Assembly: GCA_000214015.2 (NCBI GenBank)
Contig: CAID01000020.2
Span: 84,641-116,640, forward strand
Direction of reading: 5' to 3'
Source: Ostreococcus tauri
Taxonomy: Eukaryota
Length of the DNA: 32,000 bases
Shown here: positions 25,737-32,000 of the stretch, one piece after another
Numbering within the stretch: position 1 is the stretch's first letter
Layout of the letters: each line of letters opens with the position of its first letter
The notes under the pieces: model-generated
What the model was told of the DNA's origin: nothing
Database searches by the model: none
What the model saw: the letters and a program-made list of their open reading frames with translations, nothing else
Program-made: the position numbers and the translations under genes

Positions 25737-26090
25737 GACGGGCGCGACGCGTCGGTCGGACGCGTCGACGCGATGCGTGTGCACACATCATCTTTCCATG
25801 ATTCGACCAAGACCCATGAATGAATGCGCGCATGTGCATTCATTCATGAAAACATGCATTCATGAACGCATTACAAAAGCCATGGATGTGCGTCGAGCGC
25901 CGCGGGCGTCGCGACGGGCGCGACGCGTCGGTCGGACGCGTCGACGCGATGCGTGTGCACACATCATCTTTCCACGATTCGACCAAGACCCATGAATATG
26001 AATGGTTGCGCGCATGTGCATTCATTCATGAAATCATGCATTCATGAACGCATCACAAAAGCCATCGATGCGCGTCGAGCGCCGCGAGCG
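25737..26090. repeat. Tandem direct repeat, 2 units of ~176 bp, each containing hairpin-forming ATGAATGAATGC/GCATTCATTCAT arms
   Basis: Unit 1 is 25737-25912 and unit 2 is 25913-26090. They are near-identical: gacgggcgcgacgcgtcggtcggacgcgtcgacgcgatgcgtgtgcacacatcatctttcca(t/c)gattcgaccaagacccatgaat...catgtgcattcattcatgaaa(a/t)catgcattcatgaacgcat(t/c)acaaaagccat. Confidence 0.9.
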
Positions 26091-27052
26091 CGAAGACCGT
26101 CGCGAACGCCCCGTCGACGCGTCGAGCGACGCCGCGCGCCCGTCGACGCCCCCCCCGCGCGCGTCCCGATGCTCGATGGTCATCATCTGTGTGCGCAAAC
26201 AGTACGCACACATGACGATGTCGACACGTCCCGAGCGCCCACTCGACCCCATCGCGCGGCGCGCCGCGTCGACGACCGCCCCCGAGGCCCCGCGCGCGCG
26301 CGCCGACGGTCGACGCCCGGACGCGCGACGCGTCGGCGATCGACGCGCCGCGCGATTCATCCATCGGGGCGTCGTTTCACATTTGATTGCACGCATTCGA
26401 TGGCGATCGATTCACGACCACGCGACGTCCCGACCACGCGCCGTGGACGCCCGAACGCGGGCATGGACGACCGCGCGCGCGTCCGCGACGGCGTCGTCGA
26501 CGACGACGCGCCGTGGTCGAGGACGGGCGACGACGACGACGACGACGCGACGGCGACGCCGACGACGAGGCCCGGCGACGCGCCGACGACGACGACGACG
26601 GACGCGCGCGCGATTTCGATGGCGTCCACGGTGGAGTTCATCCGTCGCGTCGCCCTCGAGCGCGGGCGCGCGCTCGAGCGGTGGACGTGGGCGCGCGACG
26701 GCGAGGACGAGGACGCGCCGGCGACGCCGTCCGAGGGTTCGGTCCATCGCGCGCGGCTCTGCGACTCCGCGCGCGCGTCGCCGAGGCGGGCGAGGGACGC
26801 GGGCGACGGCCGGGGCGCGGGCGCGATCGCGCGGGCGACGGGCGCGGTGGGTCGGCGCGCGGCGACGGACGCGCGGGGATCGGCGCGGAATCGGCGACGG
26901 GCGACGGCGACGACGACGACGACGGCGACGCGGACGCGGATGGGCGCGACGGTGTCGAGGCGTTTCTCGCCCTGTTAGCGCGGGCGCAGGGCGCGTGGGC
27001 GCGCGCGAGCGACGGCGACGCGCCTCGAGGATGGACGGGGAGCGCGAGCACG

Positions 27053-28453
27053 ATGTCGCGCGCGGGGACGATTCGCGTCGGTCGAGCGCATCAGGCGGAC
27101 GTCCCGGCGGGGACGGACGCAAGCGTGCGCAGGGGGGCGCCGAACGCGCGCGAGCGGTACTTTTTGGGCGCGCGCGCGTTTCCTGTCGGGACGAAGGGGG
27201 TAGGGACGCGGGTCGGGACGCGTCCGTCGCCGTGGCGACGCGACGCGCGCGCGGCGGCGAACGCGGCGGCGAACGCGGGCGCGCTCGAGCGAGCGAATGG
27301 AGGGACGGGGACGAGCGCCGATACCTCGCGCGCCGTCGAGGATGGACACAGAAATGACGACGCCGACGACGGCGACGACGCGACGGAAAAGAATGCGGGC
27401 GAACGCGCCGACGGCGACGACGTGAATGATGGCGACGCGCGCTCGGCGAAACGAAAGCCGTTGTTCTCCGATGAAGAGATCGCGCGCTCCAGGCGCGCGC
27501 TCGAGGATGGATTGCGCGCGGCGGGCGTGGACGAGTCGAGCGGTATGCTCGGCTTGCGAACGATCGGCGCCGCGAACGCGCGAGAGAATTGGGACGACGA
27601 TGAAATCGCGACATTTTCACGGCACGCCACCGCGTACGCCGACGATTTGATTCGTCTGAAGAGCAAGCTCCCGAAGAAGACGATGCGCGACGTCGTGAGT
27701 TACTACTACAACGTCTGGCAAATCGGCGTTGAAAATTTTGGTCGCGTCGACATCGAGGGCGCCGAGGCGCCGGCGCCGCGCGAGCGCAGGCGAGGTCCGG
27801 CGCCCAAGTACACGAGCGCGCAGATTCAGCGCGAGAAGGATCAGAGAAGAATTCACAACTTTTTGGAGTACATTCGCGCCGTGGCGATGAATCCGAAACG
27901 GGCAATGTTAAACGTACATCGAGCGCCGACGACGGCGCGCGTGTTCGATCACATGATGGCCCGATTCCGAGCTGGGACGCACCCGTCGCCGGGAGACACC
28001 GAGGGGATTTTGAGCGATTTGGAGAAGCGAAAGACCGCGTCGCTGTTCACGAAGGAGGAGCTCGAGGCGCAGGCCAAGGCCAAGGCGGAGGCCAAGGCGG
28101 AGGCGGCGCGCGCAAAGGCGCGAGCGTACAAAGCCATGCTCAAGGCCCAGCGAAAGGCGGCGCGCGAGGCGGCGAAGACAGAGGAGGGAGGTGGTAAAAC
28201 AAAGAGCGATGACGGCGCCGAGGCGGACGACGACGAGCGCGCCGCCGCGAAGGGGAAGAGGAAGAAGGATGACGAGCCGCCGAAAAAGAAGGCGAAAAAA
28301 ACTAACATTGTGCTTCACAAGACGCCAAAGACGCCAAAGACCGCGGAGATGGAGACGAAACGCGTCACGCCCACAGGGACGACGAAGGTGGTCAAGTCGA
28401 TGAAGCAGAAAAAGGTGAACTCGCCGAACGAGGAAAAGAGGTTCGTTCTTTAA
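27053..28453 (+). CDS. ELM2 + SANT domain protein (MIER/CoREST/MTA-like chromatin co-regulator) with a Lys/Ala/Glu-rich C-terminus; 5' exon(s) unresolved
   Basis: It has the ELM2 signature GTIRVGRAHQADVP and a SANT-like WDDDEIATFSRHATAYADDLIRLKSKLPKKTMRDVVSYYYNVWQ. The frame is open from 26387, but the first in-frame ATG is at 27053. The real N-terminus probably lies upstream. Confidence 0.7.
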   Translation: MSRAGTIRVGRAHQADVPAGTDASVRRGAPNARERYFLGARAFPVGTKGVGTRVGTRPSPWRRDARAAANAAANAGALERANGGTGTSADTSRAVEDGHRNDDADDGDDATEKNAGERADGDDVNDGDARSAKRKPLFSDEEIARSRRALEDGLRAAGVDESSGMLGLRTIGAANARENWDDDEIATFSRHATAYADDLIRLKSKLPKKTMRDVVSYYYNVWQIGVENFGRVDIEGAEAPAPRERRRGPAPKYTSAQIQREKDQRRIHNFLEYIRAVAMNPKRAMLNVHRAPTTARVFDHMMARFRAGTHPSPGDTEGILSDLEKRKTASLFTKEELEAQAKAKAEAKAEAARAKARAYKAMLKAQRKAAREAAKTEEGGGKTKSDDGAEADDDERAAAKGKRKKDDEPPKKKAKKTNIVLHKTPKTPKTAEMETKRVTPTGTTKVVKSMKQKKVNSPNEEKRFVL

Positions 28454-28538
28454 CGCGGCGGCGACGATATTTGCGCGCTCGACGTTTGAATACGTTTTAA
28501 CGTTTTAAAACCATCCTCATACGTCTACTGTCCATATT

Positions 28539-30695
28539 CTAACGCATATCTATGAAACGCGTGTTCGAGCCGAGGTATCCCGCCAAAGCCTCCTTCGAGT
28601 TGCTGCGCCCGTCGAGCTTGGCCGACTCGTCGAGCGTGCGCTTATAGCGGTACCAGTCGTTGATCCCCACCGTGATCTCCGCAATCTTATCGAGCTCGCA
28701 CGCGTCGTCGCACTTCATGGAAATCCGTCCTGCCTCGCGCAAACCGGAGAGAAATGCCCCATGCATGGTGGCTGGATACTGCCGCGTCGTCGCCTCGCCT
28801 GCGAAGTGTATGTTCCCGACCGGTTTAGCCATTTCGTCGTAATCTTCACCCGTGGTGTCCACCGAGCACGAGCTGTACGAACCGTACGTGTACTTATCGC
28901 TTTGCCACTTCGTAACGTGGAACGATATTGGATCCGGAACTGTTTTACCTTGCTTCCCAAACGCACTTCGTAGGTACGTCATCAAGTCGGTGACGACGAC
29001 GCTGGGCTCGTGCAACTCGACCTCGATCCCAGCATCTCCCGCACACAGCGCGATCAGGACGTTGTTCCCCTCCGCCTTATCGTACGTGTACGTTAAGAAA
29101 TATCGACCCCGGTCGGACGTCTGGCTCTGCACGAACCCAAAGGCATCATGCGCGTCGTCCCAAAATTTTTCTGGAAACACCAAGACAACTTTGTTCAAAA
29201 CGCCGAAACCAATGTTACGAATCGCTTTTATCTTTCGACACGGGAGCGCGGGGAAGAATTCGATGAGATCACGTTTCAGTACTCCGAGAGGAACAGTGAC
29301 GATGCATGCGTCGGCCATCACGTCCAAGTCTGCGCCGCAGTTAACGATGACACCTCGTCCGACACCGAGATCTGTGATGGACGACACGCGATGGCCGTAC
29401 CAAATCGTCAAACCTTGAGACAAAGCCTCAATGAACTTTTGATTCCCACCCCGCACCACGACGTGATCGCCCGAGAAATCGTACGCGTCGTCCTGGTCCC
29501 ACTGCATGAGGGAGAGCTCTCGAGCCCGCGACGCGTTTGCGAATTCCATATTCGCGATGTGCCAGTTATAAATGTCCTTCGCCTCCTGCCTTTTCTCCGT
29601 GGGGAGCTTTAAGAGCTCATTGTTTATCCTTTTTTCGATCTCAGCTCCGAAACTCGTCGTGTTCGCCACCGATCTCTCGATGTTGCGTCGATGCTCACTC
29701 ATGTCCTCCAGCAACCGATTGAACGTCGCCTCGACGTCCTTATCCATCTCCTCGTTCACCGCGTTGCCGTTTTCATCGTACAAATCGCACTCGGTCTGAA
29801 TCGCGTGTGAAATCAAGCCGAGCTGTCGAGACATAACGAACAGAGGGTTCCCATTGGATCCACTCAAGATGCTCCCGCCCAGGTCGACCGGAACCTTTGT
29901 ACCTTTCGGGCCGTCGAATTCACGCGTATTCACTCGACCTCCCACGCGACGGCGTGCCTCCAGAACGACGACGTCATGTCCGAGGTTGGACAAGTGTCTC
30001 GCCGCAGCGAGTCCCGACATCCCGGCGCCGATGACGACGACGGAGAACTTTTTCTGTTTGAACGTAGAGCCAAAATTTGCCGCGTTCAGCCTTACGTTTT
30101 GAATAGTCGCCGCAAACTCCTCGAACGCGTGCTTCGACGGCTTCATGATTCCAAAGTTGATGTACCCGAACGTGGTCAAGTATTTGTGTACCGCGACCGC
30201 TAGGTCGGAGAATTTCTTCTTGAATAAATCCGTCGCCGTCTCGGCGGTGAGATATTCTCTCGGCCTCGATCGCCACTTCACGATGAGCGCGTTCCTGATG
30301 GCGATAAAATCCTCCTCTCTGTGGTAACCATCTCTCGGCAAGAAAGCTCGTTCGAACTCGGTGAGTCGCTCGCAGTCGAGCGAGAGCTCGTACGCCATGG
30401 CTAAATCGGCGACGTCCTCGGATCGAATTCTTCGCTCGCCGCGCTCCGCGTTTCGACTCTCCGCCTCCTTCCACGACGACGCGCGACGCTCACCGTGTTC
30501 AGTGGTGGTCTCCCCCAGATCCCGCCGCGGTCGTCCACGTCCACGTTTCTTCGGACGACGCCTTTGCTCAGCCGTGGCGTCTCGCTCGTCCCACGAGGCG
30601 TCGTCGTCCGACGCGACGCGTCTCGGTTTCTTCCGCGCCCTCACGCTTCTCCGTTGCTCCCCAATCGTCACCGTCGGCCCTCGCCCGTCGCCCAT
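28539..30695 (-). CDS. LSD1: Lysine-specific histone demethylase 1 (LSD1/KDM1-like): SWIRM + FAD amine oxidase
   Basis: It has a SWIRM-like region (ERAFLPRDGYHREEDFIAIRNALIVKWR), the FAD motif VVVIGAGMSGLAAARHLSNLGHDVVVLEARRRVGGRV, and NWHIANMEFANA...WDQDD...GDHVVVRGG as in KDM1A. No long Tower insertion is visible. The ORF-track start at 30839 is a GTG. The first ATG is at 30695, and the frame stays open upstream to 31034. Confidence 0.9.
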   Translation of the reverse strand: MGDGRGPTVTIGEQRRSVRARKKPRRVASDDDASWDERDATAEQRRRPKKRGRGRPRRDLGETTTEHGERRASSWKEAESRNAERGERRIRSEDVADLAMAYELSLDCERLTEFERAFLPRDGYHREEDFIAIRNALIVKWRSRPREYLTAETATDLFKKKFSDLAVAVHKYLTTFGYINFGIMKPSKHAFEEFAATIQNVRLNAANFGSTFKQKKFSVVVIGAGMSGLAAARHLSNLGHDVVVLEARRRVGGRVNTREFDGPKGTKVPVDLGGSILSGSNGNPLFVMSRQLGLISHAIQTECDLYDENGNAVNEEMDKDVEATFNRLLEDMSEHRRNIERSVANTTSFGAEIEKRINNELLKLPTEKRQEAKDIYNWHIANMEFANASRARELSLMQWDQDDAYDFSGDHVVVRGGNQKFIEALSQGLTIWYGHRVSSITDLGVGRGVIVNCGADLDVMADACIVTVPLGVLKRDLIEFFPALPCRKIKAIRNIGFGVLNKVVLVFPEKFWDDAHDAFGFVQSQTSDRGRYFLTYTYDKAEGNNVLIALCAGDAGIEVELHEPSVVVTDLMTYLRSAFGKQGKTVPDPISFHVTKWQSDKYTYGSYSSCSVDTTGEDYDEMAKPVGNIHFAGEATTRQYPATMHGAFLSGLREAGRISMKCDDACELDKIAEITVGINDWYRYKRTLDESAKLDGRSNSKEALAGYLGSNTRFIDMR

Positions 30696-30890
30696 CGCCC
30701 CAACGTCCGAGTCTTCATTTTCATCATCCCTCGCTCTCGACGGTTTCCCTTTCCTCCCGCGTCTCCTGAGCGACGCCGACGCGTCCGCCGCCGACGCGAC
30801 CACCCCCGAGGGATCTTCCCATCGCTCGGCCACACCCACCGCGTCGTCCGCGCTGGCATCACTTCCATCTCCCGCCGATCGATCGCTCGC

Positions 30891-30962
30891 GTCGTCCGAA
30901 TCATCGCCTCGACCGTCGTCGTCCGAATCATCGCCTCGACCGTCGTCGTCGTCGTCGTCGTC
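30891..30962. repeat. 27-bp tandem duplication (GTCGTCCGAATCATCGCCTCGACCGTC x2) followed by (GTC)n
   Basis: Read directly. On the minus strand, in the LSD1 frame, it encodes DGRGDDSDD x2 and poly-Asp. Confidence 0.85.
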
Positions 30963-31289
30963 GCGCGTCGATTCAAAACCTCTCTCGCCCCGCCCCCGCC
31001 GCCCCCGACCCCCCGCGCGACGGCTTCGGAGACTTTAACGATCGTAGCGCCCGTCGCAGGAACGTTCCCACGCCCATGGTCGTCGTCGTCGTCGTCGATC
31101 GATGCCCGATGGTGATGTTCCGACGATCTCGAGAATCGCCCCCGTGCGCGCGCGCGCGAGGCGCTGCCGCGTCCACGACCGCGCGCGAAGGACACGAAAT
31201 ATTTCCTCGACGCCCGCGCGCCGCGAGAGCGACGACGGAGACGCGCCGGCGACGCGCGCGCGCGATGTCGATGCGCGCGACGGTGTGTG

Positions 31290-31430
31290 TTGGCACACGT
31301 CGTATTCAGTGTACGAATACGCCATGTATCGTCGTTTCGAGACGTGTCCAACGTCCACGGACACCTTCTCGGACCATTGATACGTATAGAATGGGTATTT
31401 AGAGAGATCACGTGTGAGATAATACGCCGG
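31290..31430. promoter_or_regulatory. Low-GC island upstream of the LSD1-like gene
   Basis: Read directly: an AT-richer stretch with gtgtgtg, tacgtatag and agagagatcacgtgtgagataatacg. It shares the ACGTGAT...TCTCTCT motif with the 15791-15974 element in the opposite orientation. A promoter role is inferred from position. Confidence 0.35.
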
Positions 31431-32000
31431 GTCGGCCGCCGCCGCGACGCGCGTCGACGCCGGTGCGCGACGCGCGTTCAACGCGCGCGCTCGAAAAGCG
31501 CGGTCGAGGGGGCGGAGAGAATATTCCCGCCGCAGTCGCGCGCGCGCGCGGGGGGAAAGCGCGGTCGAGCGACGCGTGACGGGGCGATTTCAGGGAATCA
31601 CGCGATTTGACCCGATTTGAATTCACATCGCGCGATCGATCGCGCGACGTCGACGTCGCGCGCGATCGACCGCGCGAGCCGAGATGACGTTTAAGATTTT
31701 CGTCGGTGGACAGCGGGTGAAGAGCGAGGAGGTGTTGGGGCGGTGTTGGGGCGCGGTGCGTGTTCGCGTCGAGGTCGCGCGCGACGCGCGACGACGGCGA
31801 CGCGACGCGGCGACTGACGAAGAAGTCGTTCGCGACGATAGGGCAATCGGGACGGGCAGAAACGCACGCGACACGGTGACGGGGGCGCGGGCGGGACCAT
31901 GGGGACGTGTGACGCGAACGCGCGGGCAGACGGGACGGACGCGCACGAGCCGAGCGCGAAACGCGCGGCGACGTGACGAAGGCTCGCGTGTAGGAGAACT

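Noticed and set aside
26412-27905. 497-aa minus-strand ORF, the longest antisense ORF in the window
   Set aside because: It is extremely Arg/Pro/Ser-rich (RRRRRRRR runs). It is antisense to the ELM2-SANT gene, whose sense frame carries clear domain signatures. No hydrophobic core pattern is present.
31035-31481. 148-aa minus-strand ORF as an independent gene
   Set aside because: It overlaps the low-GC promoter-like island, half of it is Arg/Ala-rich, and no motif was recognised. It is kept only as a possible upstream extension issue for the LSD1-like gene (see findings).
31899-31976. Short plus-strand ORF MGTCDANARADGTDAHEPSAKRAAT* near the window end as the first exon of a downstream gene
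   Set aside because: It is only 25 codons, has no supporting splice signals before the window ends, and cannot be evaluated from the available sequence.
1-32000. Prokaryotic operon, defence island or mobile element as the hidden system
   Set aside because: The genes are eukaryotic in type (SKP1, cornichon, LSD1, CAMK kinase, ELM2-SANT). Several need GT-AG splicing to restore conserved proteins. The strands alternate gene by gene. No transposase, integrase, restriction, toxin or Cas-like ORF was recognisable.

Overview
This window reads as compact nuclear DNA from a very GC- and CpG-rich green alga, of the Mamiellophyceae (Micromonas/Ostreococcus) type. It is not prokaryotic. Supporting evidence: a plant-type ADP-glucose pyrophosphorylase tail, organellar ribosomal protein L19, SKP1, cornichon and an LSD1-type demethylase. 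There are also short spliceosomal introns with a uniform GTGCG/GTACG...ACTGAC...CAG signature, an intron-containing tRNA-Ile(UAU), and gene spacing of about 1.7-2 kb.

I support about 19 protein-coding genes on both strands. In order they are: AGPase 3' end, MFS sugar porter, AIF/NDH-2-like flavoprotein, two hypotheticals, RWD+RING-like protein, MiaB/CDK5RAP1 methylthiotransferase, DEAD-box helicase, L19 (2 exons), SKP1 (3 exons), a hypothetical, TruA pseudouridine synthase, a secreted IPT/TIG protein, a bestrophin-like channel, a hypothetical, a CAMK-like kinase, cornichon (2 exons), an LPA2-like thylakoid protein, an ELM2-SANT protein and an LSD1-like demethylase. There is also one tRNA gene with a duplicated 3' half.

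The ORF track uses alternative start codons, so several starts were moved to the first in-frame ATG. Many long R/A/P-rich antisense ORFs are artefacts of GC richness.

The non-coding structure is the most unusual part:
- Every head-to-head (divergent) intergenic region holds a low-GC island, usually a tandem dimer of about 100-176 bp. Motifs recur between islands.
- There is also a 33-36 bp minisatellite, telo-box-like motifs, and a 1.2 kb gene-free CpG-saturated spacer.

I found no CRISPR array, transposase, or prokaryotic defence-type system. All homology statements come from recognising motifs in the translations; no database search was run.
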